NCBI GenBank assembly: GCA_036278735.1 | Contig: DASUKM010000055.1 | Location: 64,683 to 128,682, forward strand | Length of the DNA stretch: 64,000 nt | Source of the DNA: Vicinamibacterales bacterium | GTDB taxonomy: Bacteria; Acidobacteriota; Vicinamibacteria; Vicinamibacterales; 2-12-FULL-66-21 | Direction of reading: 5' to 3' | Shown: positions 45,476 through 55,200 of the stretch, in pieces | Numbering within the stretch: position 1 is the first letter of the stretch | Layout: each line of letters begins with the position of its first letter | Program-made: the position numbers and the translations under genes | The notes under the pieces: generated by a model | Told to the model about the DNA's origin: nothing | Seen by the model: only the letters and a program-made list of their open reading frames with translations | The model's database searches: none

Positions 45476-47617
45476 ATGACTACGACCCCCGAGCCCCGCG
45501 ACCTGCCGTCCCGTCTGAGCCGGCTGCCGGAGCTGGCAACCGATCTCTGGTGGACGTGGAACAGCGCGGCGCGCGAAGTGTTTCGCCGCCTCGATTACGC
45601 GCTCTGGCGCGAGACGGCGCACAACCCCGTCCTGATGCTGCGCGCGGTCCCTCCCGAGCTGCTCGCGCGGGCCGCGACCGACGAGACGTTCCTGCGCGTC
45701 TACGACGAGGCGCTGCACGCGCTCGACGGCGCGCGTACGGCGCGCGACACCTGGTGGGTGCACAAGTTCCCGTCGAACCCGGGACCGGTGGCGTACTTCT
45801 CCGCCGAGTTCGCGCTGCACCAGTCGCTGCCGATCTATGCCGGCGGCCTCGGCGTGCTCGCGGGGGACCACTGCAAGGAAGCGAGCGACCTCGGCGTGCC
45901 GCTCATCGGCGTCGGCTTCATGTATCCGCAGGGCTACTTCCATCAGAGCGTCTCCCCCGAAGGGTGGCAGCAGGAAAGTTACGAGCGCCTGAACTGGGCC
46001 GACGCCCCCATCGAGCCGGCCATCACGCCCGACGGCCTCGCCTGCGTCGTCGCGGTGCCGCTCGGCAGCCGGAGCGTGCTCGCGTCGGTCTGGCGCGTGC
46101 GCCTCGGACGCGTGAAGCTGTACCTGCTCGACACGGATCTCGAGGAGAACGCCCCGTGGGACCGCGAGCTGTCGGCGCGCCTGTACGGCGGCGACCGCGA
46201 GACGCGCGTCCAGCAGGAGATCATCCTGGGGGTCGGCGGCGTGCGCGCGCTGCGGGCGCTCGGATCGACGCCGGCGGTGTGGCACCTGAACGAGGGTCAC
46301 GCGGCATTCGTCGTGCTGCAGCGCATTCGCGACATGATCGAAGCGGGCCAGAGCTTCGACGCGGCGCTCGCGGAGGTCCGCCGGACGACGGTGTTCACGA
46401 CGCACACGCCGGTGCCGGCCGGGCACGACGCCTTCCCCTTCAACCTCGTCGAGACGCACCTGGCGGGCGCGTGGGGCACGCTCGGGAACTATCGCGATCG
46501 GTTCATGGCGCTCGGGTCGTACGACAACGGCTCGGGCCCGCAGTTCAACATGACGGCGCTCGCGCTGCGCGCGGCCAACGGCGTCAACGCCGTCAGCCAG
46601 CTCCACGGCGTCGTCACGCGCGAGATGTGGGGCCCGATCTGGCCGGGGCTGCCGGAGGAGCAGCGGCCGGTGCGCGCGCTGACCAACGGCATCCACGTCC
46701 CGACGTGGCTGTCCAACGAGCTGGCCAGCCTGTTCGATCAGTACCTCGACGCCGACTGGCGCGAACGGTACGACGACCCGGCGGTCTGGCAGCGCGTGAC
46801 GGCGATCCCGGACGAGGCGCTGTGGAACGCGCGCAAGGCGCTGCGGGAGTACTTGTTCACGTTCATCCGCGAGCGGGCGCGGCAGCGCTGGCGCGACGAG
46901 CGCGTCGGCGTCGCCCGCGTGGTCGCGGCGGGCACGCTGCTCGAACCGCACGCCTTGACGATCGGCTTCGCGCGCCGCTTCACCGGCTACAAGCGGCCCG
47001 ACCTGATCTTCCACGACCCCGAGCGCCTGCACGCGATCCTGAACGCCGCGCGCCGGCCCGTGCAGCTCGTCTTCGCCGGCAAGGCGCATCCGGCCGACGA
47101 AACGGGCAAGCACCATCTGCAGCAGGTCTATCGCCGCGCCCTCGATCCGGCCTTCGCCGGACGGATCGCGTTCGTCGACGACTACGACCTGCACGTCGCG
47201 CACTTCCTGGTGCAGGGGTGCGACGTCTGGCTGAACAATCCGCGCAAGCCGCTCGAAGCGAGCGGCACGAGCGGCATGAAAGCCTCGGTGAACGGCGTGC
47301 CGCACCTCAGCATCGGCGACGGCTGGTGGGCCGAAGGCTACTCCGGCGCCAACGGCTGGGTGATCGGCAACCACGGCGTCCACGACGAACGCGAAGTGGA
47401 CGCGGCCGACGCGCGCTCGCTCTACGATCTGCTCGAGACCGAGATCGTGCCGACCTTCTACGACCGCGACGACCACGACGTCCCGCACCGCTGGCTGGGT
47501 TTCGTGCGCCAGGCGATCATCACCGTGACGCCGCGCTTCAGCGCCCGCCGGATGGTCAAGCAGTACGTCGAGCAGATGTACGCGCCGGCGCTCGAGAGCG
47601 AGCCGGTCCGGGGCTAG
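45476..47617 (+). CDS. glgP: Alpha-glucan (glycogen/maltodextrin) phosphorylase
   Basis: YAGGLGVLAGDH, HLNEGH, TTHTPVPAGHD, TNGIH, ARRFTGYKR, GKAHPAD, EASGTSGMK. Confidence 0.95.
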   Translation: MTTTPEPRDLPSRLSRLPELATDLWWTWNSAAREVFRRLDYALWRETAHNPVLMLRAVPPELLARAATDETFLRVYDEALHALDGARTARDTWWVHKFPSNPGPVAYFSAEFALHQSLPIYAGGLGVLAGDHCKEASDLGVPLIGVGFMYPQGYFHQSVSPEGWQQESYERLNWADAPIEPAITPDGLACVVAVPLGSRSVLASVWRVRLGRVKLYLLDTDLEENAPWDRELSARLYGGDRETRVQQEIILGVGGVRALRALGSTPAVWHLNEGHAAFVVLQRIRDMIEAGQSFDAALAEVRRTTVFTTHTPVPAGHDAFPFNLVETHLAGAWGTLGNYRDRFMALGSYDNGSGPQFNMTALALRAANGVNAVSQLHGVVTREMWGPIWPGLPEEQRPVRALTNGIHVPTWLSNELASLFDQYLDADWRERYDDPAVWQRVTAIPDEALWNARKALREYLFTFIRERARQRWRDERVGVARVVAAGTLLEPHALTIGFARRFTGYKRPDLIFHDPERLHAILNAARRPVQLVFAGKAHPADETGKHHLQQVYRRALDPAFAGRIAFVDDYDLHVAHFLVQGCDVWLNNPRKPLEASGTSGMKASVNGVPHLSIGDGWWAEGYSGANGWVIGNHGVHDEREVDAADARSLYDLLETEIVPTFYDRDDHDVPHRWLGFVRQAIITVTPRFSARRMVKQYVEQMYAPALESEPVRG

Positions 47618-47644
47618 CCGGCCGCCGTCTGCTACAATCGACCC

Positions 47645-48103
47645 ATGCCTCGAAAGTCCGTCGCACAGGCGCGGTGCGCGCTCTGCGGCGCGAAGGAAAT
47701 CTCCGAGCCGCGCGGCGAAGAGAAATACTGCCGCGACTGCTGGGACAAGAAGATCGCCGTCGAAGAGATCGTCGCGCGCGAGTTCGCGCTCAAGCGCTAC
47801 ATCCGCGCCCACAGCGCGGAGAAGTACCTCGTCTATCACTCGACGCTGAAGCGCCCCTGCGGCCAGATCATCGTCGTCGACGACGGCTACGATCTGTTCC
47901 TCACGCTGGTGCTGTATCCGAGCTTCGCGTGGGAGGAGCCGGCCTATCACCTCGATGGCGACCCCGAAGGACGCACGTTCGCCGAGATCCTCGTCGACGT
48001 CGTCGCCGCGGAAGTGATCGAGCCCTGGGGCGGCGGCAAGTGGCACCTCGAAATCTTCCGCTCCACCAACGCCGATCCGGAGGACTGGAACGGCGAGATG
48101 TGA
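47645..48103 (+). CDS. Hypothetical protein with N-terminal CxxC-x15-CxxC zinc finger
   Basis: CALC...YCRDC; natural composition; TGcTACAAT 6 nt before ATG. Confidence 0.8.
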   Translation: MPRKSVAQARCALCGAKEISEPRGEEKYCRDCWDKKIAVEEIVAREFALKRYIRAHSAEKYLVYHSTLKRPCGQIIVVDDGYDLFLTLVLYPSFAWEEPAYHLDGDPEGRTFAEILVDVVAAEVIEPWGGGKWHLEIFRSTNADPEDWNGEM

Positions 48104-48122
48104 CGCGCATATAATCGGCGTC

Positions 48123-48211
48123 GCAGCTGTCAGCCAACCAGCCGTCAGCTGTCAGCCATCGCGCCACCGGCTTCGCGCCTGCTGCAGCTGAGCGCTGACA
48201 GTTGAGGGCTG
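48123..48211. repeat. Inverted CAGC-family heptamer arms forming a hairpin in a 5' UTR
   Basis: CAGCCGTCAGCTGTCAGC (48139-48156) pairs with GCTGACAGTTGAGGGCTG (48194-48211); TATAAT at 48110-48115. Confidence 0.7.
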
Positions 48212-48228
48212 CCCCCAGGGAGGTAGCC

Positions 48229-48678
48229 ATGACCCGCTCCCGGTTTCTCTGTGCCGCGGCGCTCCTCGGCTCGCTCGGCGTCGCCCCCGCCGCCTTTGCT
48301 CAGGCCAAGCCCGCCACCCCGACCACCACGGCTCCGCCCGTACGGACGAAGTGGATTGCCCCCGTGCGCGGCCTCGCCACGATCGACGTCCTCCGCAGCA
48401 CGCCCAAGCGGGTCGGCGACGACATGGTCACGGTGCTGAAGGTGAAGAACACCTCGCGGGGCGCCATCGCCCTGCTGCAGATCGACGAGTACTGGTACAA
48501 CCAGGCCCGCAAGATCGTCTCCGCCGACACACAAAAAATACGCAAGCTGATCAACCCCGGCGAGGTCATCGAAATCACCACCCGCGCGCCCTACAAGCCC
48601 GGCCTCTACACGAGCCAGTTCAAGTTCACGCACGCCAACGGCCAGATCAAAGCCACGGCCGTGAAGAAGATTGAATAG
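48229..48678 (+). CDS. Secreted basic beta-rich hypothetical protein
   Basis: GGAGG SD, signal peptide ending AFA-Q, Ig-like strand pattern (LKVKNTS, INPGEVIEI). Confidence 0.75.
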   Translation: MTRSRFLCAAALLGSLGVAPAAFAQAKPATPTTTAPPVRTKWIAPVRGLATIDVLRSTPKRVGDDMVTVLKVKNTSRGAIALLQIDEYWYNQARKIVSADTQKIRKLINPGEVIEITTRAPYKPGLYTSQFKFTHANGQIKATAVKKIE

Positions 48679-48681
48679 GCG

Positions 48682-49071
48682 TCAGACGTCAGGCGTCCGT
48701 GCGAGGCGCGCGGCCAGCCGGCCGACGTACGGCAGTTCGAGCCGTGCGCCGGCCCACGCCTTCCACAGGCAGACCAGCCAGACGATCACCCACACGAGCC
48801 AGACCAGCGTGGAGAGCCAGAGAAAGAGCGGCGTGGCGGCGCCCGACAGGAAGAGCGCCCCGAACGCGAAGACGTAGCAGAGCATGCCGGCGATCCACAG
48901 GCCGCCGAGCGCGAGGATGGATTGCCACGCGTGGAACCGGACCGCCTCGTTGCGCCCTTCCGCGAGCAGGACGAGCGCGCCGGACAGCGGTCCCACCAGA
49001 TACGCGAGCGCGGAAGCGGTCGACGGGCGCAGGCCCGTGCCCGACGGCGTGTCGCGGGCCGGCGGGATCAT
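48682..49071 (-). CDS. DUF4870-like small membrane protein
   Basis: TGL.P.TASALAY, VRFHAWQS, KAWAG....LPYVG. Confidence 0.8.
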   Translation of the reverse strand: MIPPARDTPSGTGLRPSTASALAYLVGPLSGALVLLAEGRNEAVRFHAWQSILALGGLWIAGMLCYVFAFGALFLSGAATPLFLWLSTLVWLVWVIVWLVCLWKAWAGARLELPYVGRLAARLARTPDV

Positions 49072-51191
49072 CGGACGCGGAACTCGACTTCGCGGCTCGC
49101 CGTCGCCGACGCCTTGGCGAGCGACTTCGCGTCGATCCGCAGCACGTAGCGCCCGGGCGCGAGCGCGGCGGTGGGAATGGTCGCGGTGTAGCCGTAGCCG
49201 CCGCGTGCGCCCTGCAGCTCGGCGCTGCTCCGTTCGTCGGACGCCGAGAACACCGTCTTCCCATCGTCGGCGAGCACGGTGGCGGCAATCGAAACGCGAT
49301 GTGGCGTCGAGACGGCGTTGTCGTAGACCTCCGCGAAGACCGCGATCGAGTCGCCGCGCGGGAAGTCCCGAATCGTCGTCGGCGAGGCGGGCAGGACGTC
49401 CTTGAACAGCGGATCGGGCTGGGCCGTCGGGATGCGGCTGGCAGACGCCGACGTGATGGCGATGCCGCTCATCGTCAGATCGCCTTTGGAGAAATCGGGC
49501 ACCTGCAGGTCGTACAGGACGGTCCCGACCGCGCCGCTGTTGCCGTCGCGGGCGCCGATGCGGAGCTGATACTTGCCGGGGGGCAGGGCCAGCGTGTGCA
49601 TCACGCGCAGGCCGTGGCTCTGCTCGATCGCCTGATAGGTGCCCTGGTGCAGCGCGAGCGCCACTTCGTCGCGGCCGCCGTCGCGGATCTTGCCGGAGAC
49701 GTCGGCCGCGAAGAGCGAGACTTCGAGCTTGTCGGTGTAGAGACCGTTCTGCTCGGTGAACTTCATCTGCGCGGGATCGACCTCGAGCGCGATCGCGACC
49801 GAGGCGTTCGGGGCTTCGCCGCGGAACGGCGCCGCAAACGCGCGCAGCGGCAGCCCGCTGACGGCGACAGGGCTCGTCAGCGCCTCGCGCAATTCCACCG
49901 AGGTCGTGGACCCGCCCAGGATTTTCCGGGGCTGCTCCTTCCCCTTCGGCGCCACGTACCCCTGGCGCGCCCGCACGGTGAGGCCGGGACGATCCACCCG
50001 GACGCTGATCCGATGGAAGCGTCCATCGTGCTTCTCGGTGGCCGGGTAGTAGCCGAGCACGTAATAGCTGCTGTTGTCCTGGAGGATCCGCGCGAAGGCG
50101 TTGTGGAAGTCGTTTGCGTTGACGACGGCGAACCCGCCGGTCTGGTCGGAGAGCACGCGCAGGCTGTCCTGGGAGCGCCGCAGCTCGTTTTGAAGGGACG
50201 TGATCCCGAGGCTCTGATCGCCGGACGGCAGCGATCCGATCTGCATCAGCTCGTCGCCCATGTTGGTCAGGCCCCGCGGGTCGATCCCGTAGATGCTGAC
50301 GTTGGCGCGCGTCGCGGCGGCAATGGCATCGCGCGTGGACTGGAGCACGTCGCTCGCATACGCGTTGGTGTCGCTCGAGATCAGGTTGGAGATGTCGTAG
50401 TCGATGCCCTCGCTGAAGTACACGAGCGCCTTGCGGCGGCCGCGAATCCCGGCGAGATAGTCGGCGACGTTCTTCACCGTGTCGAGCGCGTTGCGCGCCT
50501 TGGTGCCGCGCTCGATGTCGTTCATGCGGGTCTCCGCGTTCGTGTTGGGGGACTTGCCCGCCGCGTAGTCTTCGTTCGCGAGCGCGTCGTCGATCCCGGC
50601 GAGCGTCTGCGACTGCGCCTTCTGGCCGGCGAAGCGGCTGATCGCGTCGAGGATCAGCGCGCGATTCGTCGTGAACTCCTGCGACCCTTTGGCGGCGCCG
50701 CCCGTAGTCACGACGGCGACCTCGTCGTTGGCGCCCACGTACCGATCGACGAAGAGCGTCGCCGCTTTCCTGAGCAACGCCGACCGGCCGAAGCCGGTGT
50801 GCAGGTCGTCGAGCAGCAGCACGAACAGCCGCCCCTCGGCCGGATGCTTGTTGGTGGCCACGTCGGGCGGAATCGCGTTCTTCGCGAACAGCGGCGGGTC
50901 GGCGTGCTCCACCGGAATATCGACCAGCGAGAAGATCGACAGCGACTGCGGCTTGCCGTCTTCAGACACCTGGAAATCGTTCTGGTTCAATCCGCGGACG
51001 AAGTTGCCCTGGGCGTCGGTGACGGTGGCGTCCACTTCGACGTAGTTCACTTCGACTTTGTAGGTCAGCGGCGGCTGCTGACCCGCGGCCGGTCGTTGCG
51101 CGCCGGGCGCGGGGGCCGCCGGCTGTTGTGCCGCCAGGATCGCCGACAGAAACCCGATGGCCGAAAGACTCAACCAGGATGCGGTGCGCAT
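49068..51191 (-). CDS. Secreted acidobacterial-type VWA domain protein
   Basis: V.VDATVTD.QG.FVRGL...DF.V.EDG..Q, LLLDDLH, RRKALVYFSEG, ANVSIYGIDPRG, TGG, YYVLGY; TATAAT at 51222-51227 (-). Confidence 0.88.
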   Translation of the reverse strand: MRTASWLSLSAIGFLSAILAAQQPAAPAPGAQRPAAGQQPPLTYKVEVNYVEVDATVTDAQGNFVRGLNQNDFQVSEDGKPQSLSIFSLVDIPVEHADPPLFAKNAIPPDVATNKHPAEGRLFVLLLDDLHTGFGRSALLRKAATLFVDRYVGANDEVAVVTTGGAAKGSQEFTTNRALILDAISRFAGQKAQSQTLAGIDDALANEDYAAGKSPNTNAETRMNDIERGTKARNALDTVKNVADYLAGIRGRRKALVYFSEGIDYDISNLISSDTNAYASDVLQSTRDAIAAATRANVSIYGIDPRGLTNMGDELMQIGSLPSGDQSLGITSLQNELRRSQDSLRVLSDQTGGFAVVNANDFHNAFARILQDNSSYYVLGYYPATEKHDGRFHRISVRVDRPGLTVRARQGYVAPKGKEQPRKILGGSTTSVELREALTSPVAVSGLPLRAFAAPFRGEAPNASVAIALEVDPAQMKFTEQNGLYTDKLEVSLFAADVSGKIRDGGRDEVALALHQGTYQAIEQSHGLRVMHTLALPPGKYQLRIGARDGNSGAVGTVLYDLQVPDFSKGDLTMSGIAITSASASRIPTAQPDPLFKDVLPASPTTIRDFPRGDSIAVFAEVYDNAVSTPHRVSIAATVLADDGKTVFSASDERSSAELQGARGGYGYTATIPTAALAPGRYVLRIDAKSLAKASATASREVEFRVR

Positions 51192-51271
51192 AGGTGTTCC
51201 GAACAGGCAGGGCTGATGGCCATTATACGGCCGCCCGTCCCATCCGTTCGTCCAAACGCTATACTCAGAGG

Positions 51272-52450
51272 ATGGGCATTTCCGTTCCCGCGGTCCAGCG
51301 TGCGCTCGAGGCCGACGGCCTCGACGGCTGGCTGCTGTACGACTTCCACGGCTCCAACCCCATCGCCCGGCGCCTGGCCGGTCTCGATGGACCGGGCAAG
51401 ATGACGACCCGGCGCTGGTACTACTTCATTCCGGCCGTCGGCGAGCCGAGGAAGCTCGTGCACGCCATCGAGGCGTACAACCTGGACCCGTTGCCGGGCG
51501 GCAAGCACGTCTACGCGCGGCGCGACCAGCTCAGCGCGGGCCTGGAGGAGCTGCTGGCGGGCGCCAAGCGGGTCGCGATGGAGTATTCGCCGGGCAACGC
51601 CATTCCGTACGTGTCGCGCGTCGACGCCGGCACGGTGGACGCCGTCCGCAAACTCGGCGTCGACGTCGTCACCTCTGGCGACCTCGTCCAGCGGTTCGAA
51701 GCGGTCTGGTCGGAGCAGGCGATCGCCTCGCATCGGGCGGCGTCGGAACGGCTCTACCGGGTCAAGGATCGCGCCTTCGACATGGTCCGCCGCGCGCGCA
51801 AGGACGGACGCGGGCTGACGGAATACGACGTCCAGCAGGCGATGGTGGGGTGGTTCGAGGACGAAGGGCTCATCAGCGACGGGTCCCCGTGCGTCGCGGC
51901 GCAGGAGGACGCGGGCAATCCGCACTACCATCCGAGCGCGACGCATCACCGGGCGATCAACGCCGACGAGATCGTGCTGCTCGACCTCTGGGGCAAGCTG
52001 CCGGACCCCGGCGCGGTGTTTGCTGACATCACCTGGGTGGGTTTTACAGGGTCGCCGGTCCCGGACCGATATGCCAGAGCGTTCGCCGTGATTTGCGAGG
52101 GACGCGACGCGGCGGTCACGCTGGTCCAGCAGGCCGCGAAGAGCGGCCGCGAACTGCGCGGCTGGGAGGTGGACCGCGCCTGCCGCGACGTCATCGAACG
52201 CGCGGGATACGGCGAGGCCTTCGTCCACCGGACGGGCCACAGCCTCGGGACCGAGGTGCACGGCAACGGCGTGCACATGGACGACTACGAGACGCGCGAC
52301 GAACGGCGGCTGCTGCCGGGCACCGGCTTCACGATCGAGCCCGGCATCTACACCCCTGAATTCGGCGTCCGGACGGAAATCAACATGATCGTGGGGGAAC
52401 ACGACGCGCAGGTCACCGGACCGCGCCAGGACGCCATCGTCACGCTGTAG
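51272..52450 (+). CDS. M24 family aminopeptidase P-like metallopeptidase
   Basis: NPHY, LLDLW, ADITW, HRTGHSLG..VHG, FTIEPGIY, GVRTE; TATACT 6 nt before ATG 51272. Confidence 0.92.
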   Translation: MGISVPAVQRALEADGLDGWLLYDFHGSNPIARRLAGLDGPGKMTTRRWYYFIPAVGEPRKLVHAIEAYNLDPLPGGKHVYARRDQLSAGLEELLAGAKRVAMEYSPGNAIPYVSRVDAGTVDAVRKLGVDVVTSGDLVQRFEAVWSEQAIASHRAASERLYRVKDRAFDMVRRARKDGRGLTEYDVQQAMVGWFEDEGLISDGSPCVAAQEDAGNPHYHPSATHHRAINADEIVLLDLWGKLPDPGAVFADITWVGFTGSPVPDRYARAFAVICEGRDAAVTLVQQAAKSGRELRGWEVDRACRDVIERAGYGEAFVHRTGHSLGTEVHGNGVHMDDYETRDERRLLPGTGFTIEPGIYTPEFGVRTEINMIVGEHDAQVTGPRQDAIVTL

Positions 52451-52486
52451 CAGGAAGCTGTCGAACGCTTCAGGAGTCGAGGAGCA

Positions 52487-54067
52487 ATGTCAAAGGGCAA
52501 GACCACGTTGTTTTATGCCGTCCTGCTGTCGATCGCGTCGGTGGCGGTCGGGATGGTGATCGCCTCCCGGCTGGATCTGTCGCCGACCGCCTCGGCGGCG
52601 CCGGCCGTCTCGGTGCCGTCCACCAACAGCGCGCCGATCACCGGTCCGATCGATGCGACCACGTTCCGGAACATTGCGAAAGCGGACATGCCGGCGGTCG
52701 TCAACATCCAGACCGAGTCGCACGCGCGCAGACGCGACATGAGCGAGTTCTTCGGCGGCGGCGGCGACGACCTGCTGCGCCGCTTCTTCGGCCAGCAGGG
52801 CCAGGGCGGCGAAGGCGAGAACCCGACGCCGCGCAACCGCGGCCGCGGCCAGCAGGATCAGGGGCCCGCGATGGTCGGGGCCGGCAGCGGCTTCGTCATC
52901 GACAAGACCGGCTTCATCCTGACCAACAACCACGTGGTCGAAGGGGCCGAGAAGATTCAGGTCTCCTTCTCCGACGGTGCGCCGGGCGTCTCGTACCCGG
53001 CCAAGGTCATCGGCCGCGATCTGCTGACGGACTGCGCCCTCATCCAGTTGACGGAGATGCCGGCGACGCCGCTTCACGAAGTGAAGTTCGGCGATTCGAC
53101 GCAGATGGAGCCGGGCGACTGGGTGATGGCGATCGGCAATCCATTCAATATCGGCCAGACCGTCACGGTGGGGGTCATCAGCGCGCTCGGCCGTCCGTTC
53201 GGCGGCGTGCAGGGGCGCACGCAGGACATGCTGCAGACCGACGCCGCGATCAATCCGGGCAATTCGGGCGGCCCGCTGCTGAATCTTCGGGGCGAGGTGG
53301 TCGGCATGAACACCGCCATCTATACCGACCAGCGTTCGGCGAACATCGGCATCGGCTTCGCGACCCCGATCAACACGATTCGCGACCTGCTCCCGCAGCT
53401 CCGGACGGGGAAGGTCATCCGTGGCGTCATCGGCGTCCAGGTGCAGAGCCGGCCGATCGCGGCGAACGAGGCCAAGGCGTTCGGGCTGCCGAACAACAAC
53501 GGCGCCGTCATCAGCACCGTCAATCCCAACGGCCCGGCCGACAAGGCCGGTCTCGAACCCGGCGACGTCGTCGTCGAGTACAACGGCCAGCCGGTGAAGG
53601 ACAGCAACGCGCTCGTCTCGATGGTGGTCGGCACCAAGCCGGGCACCACCGTCCCGGTCACCGTGTATCGCGACGGCCAGCGCAAGGCGCTGAACGTGAC
53701 GATCGACGAGCTGGACCTCGAGGCGGAACAGAATCAGACCGCCCGCGGCGGCGGCGCCCCGAACCAGAACGAGCCGACGACGACCGGCTTCGGGATGACG
53801 CTCGATCCGATTACGCCCGACGTGTCGCGGCGGCTCGACCTGCCGCGCGATACGGGGGGGGCGGTCGTGAGCGACGTCGACCGTGACGGCGCGGCGGTAG
53901 CGGCCGGCGTGGTCCCGGGCGACGTGATCCTGGAGGTCAATCGCGTCAAGGTGAACAGCGTCAGCCAGGTCACGCGCGAGCTGGACAAGGTGCAGACAGG
54001 CCAGCCGGCGTTCCTGCTGATCTGGCGCGACGGCCAGCAGGTCTTCGTCACGATGACCAAGAAATAG
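52487..54067 (+). CDS. DegP/HtrA (Do family) serine protease with two PDZ domains
   Basis: GSGFVI, LTNNHVV, AIGNPF, QTDAAINPGNSGGPL, two PDZ domains; GAGGAG SD. Confidence 0.95.
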   Translation: MSKGKTTLFYAVLLSIASVAVGMVIASRLDLSPTASAAPAVSVPSTNSAPITGPIDATTFRNIAKADMPAVVNIQTESHARRRDMSEFFGGGGDDLLRRFFGQQGQGGEGENPTPRNRGRGQQDQGPAMVGAGSGFVIDKTGFILTNNHVVEGAEKIQVSFSDGAPGVSYPAKVIGRDLLTDCALIQLTEMPATPLHEVKFGDSTQMEPGDWVMAIGNPFNIGQTVTVGVISALGRPFGGVQGRTQDMLQTDAAINPGNSGGPLLNLRGEVVGMNTAIYTDQRSANIGIGFATPINTIRDLLPQLRTGKVIRGVIGVQVQSRPIAANEAKAFGLPNNNGAVISTVNPNGPADKAGLEPGDVVVEYNGQPVKDSNALVSMVVGTKPGTTVPVTVYRDGQRKALNVTIDELDLEAEQNQTARGGGAPNQNEPTTTGFGMTLDPITPDVSRRLDLPRDTGGAVVSDVDRDGAAVAAGVVPGDVILEVNRVKVNSVSQVTRELDKVQTGQPAFLLIWRDGQQVFVTMTKK

Positions 54068-54301
54068 ATGACGGATGACGGATGGCGGATGGCGGATGGC
54101 GGATGATGGATGATGGATGACGGATGACGGATGACGGATGACGGATGACGGATGACGGATGACGGATGACGGATGACGGATGACGGATGATGGATGGCGG
54201 ATGATGGATGGCGGATGATGGATGGCGGATGATGGATGGCGGATGACACGTGAGGGGCGAATGGATGATCCGTCATCCGACCTCCGTCATCCGACATCCG
54301 T
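54067..54301. repeat. Heptamer array GATGACG/GATGGCG/GATGATG (about 26 units) plus a short inverted TCCGTCA arm
   Basis: Starts at the stop TAG and runs to 54247; the complementary arm at about 54269-54301 lies in the first codons of the next ORF. Confidence 0.95.
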
Positions 54302-55154
54302 CCCTCGCCGCCTTCCCCCATACGCCTGGATCGGCCTCGCGACGATGGCGGTGTCGGAGATCGGCATGCTGCGGCACGTCGAGCCGTTCTGGTCCTGGCA
54401 CACGCCGATCGCCTGGACCGGCTACATCCTCCTCGTCGACGGTCTGGTGTGGCGGCGGCGCGGAGATTCGTGGCTGCGGAACGCGCGCGCCGAGTTCTGC
54501 TTTCTCGCGGCGGCCAGCATCGCCCTCTGGGTTGTGTTCGAGCTGTACAACGCCTTCGCCCTGCACAACTGGTATTACGTCAACCTGCCCGCGAACGCGC
54601 TGCTGCGGTATTTCGGGTACGCGTGGGCGTTTGCGACCATCTCCCCCGCCATTTTCGAAACCGGCGAGCTGATTGCTGCCTGGCGCGATCGCCGGGCGCC
54701 GCGCTCCCGACGCGACCCGCCGCCCCTCGTGCCGCTCGGCGCGGCGGGGTGGACGAGCGTGCTCGTCGGTCTTGGCCTCGTGCTGCTGCCGATCCTCCAC
54801 CCCTCGCCGTGGCTCGCCGCTCCCGTGTGGCTGGGGTTCATCTTTCTGTTCGATCCGCTGAACGCGGCGGCCGGCGCCGAGTCGATTCGGAGTGACCTGC
54901 GGGCCGGGCAGTACCGGCGGCTGATCGCGCTGCTGCTGAGCGGACTGGCCTGCGGTTTCATCTGGGAATTCTGGAACGACTGGTCGCGCGCGAAGTGGAT
55001 CTATACCGTCCCGGTCCCGCCGCACGTGAAGCTCTTCGAGATGCCGCTGGCCGGTTTCGGCGGCTTTCCGCCGTTTGCCGTCGAGTGCTTCACGATGTAC
55101 GTCTTCGTCCGGCACTGGATCTGGCGTGGAGTGGAGCGGCCGATCTCGCTATAA
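54261..55154 (+). CDS. Conserved-looking Trp-rich membrane protein of unknown function
   Basis: WTGYILLVD, W.VFELYN....NWYY, FATI.PAIFET, CGFIWEFWN, KLFEMPL.G.GF.PFA.E; start uncertain. Confidence 0.75.
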   Translation: MDDPSSDLRHPTSVPRRLPPYAWIGLATMAVSEIGMLRHVEPFWSWHTPIAWTGYILLVDGLVWRRRGDSWLRNARAEFCFLAAASIALWVVFELYNAFALHNWYYVNLPANALLRYFGYAWAFATISPAIFETGELIAAWRDRRAPRSRRDPPPLVPLGAAGWTSVLVGLGLVLLPILHPSPWLAAPVWLGFIFLFDPLNAAAGAESIRSDLRAGQYRRLIALLLSGLACGFIWEFWNDWSRAKWIYTVPVPPHVKLFEMPLAGFGGFPPFAVECFTMYVFVRHWIWRGVERPISL

Positions 55155-55200
55155 TCGCCGCCGGGAGCACGCGGACCCGGAACGGAAGGAGCCGTTGCCC

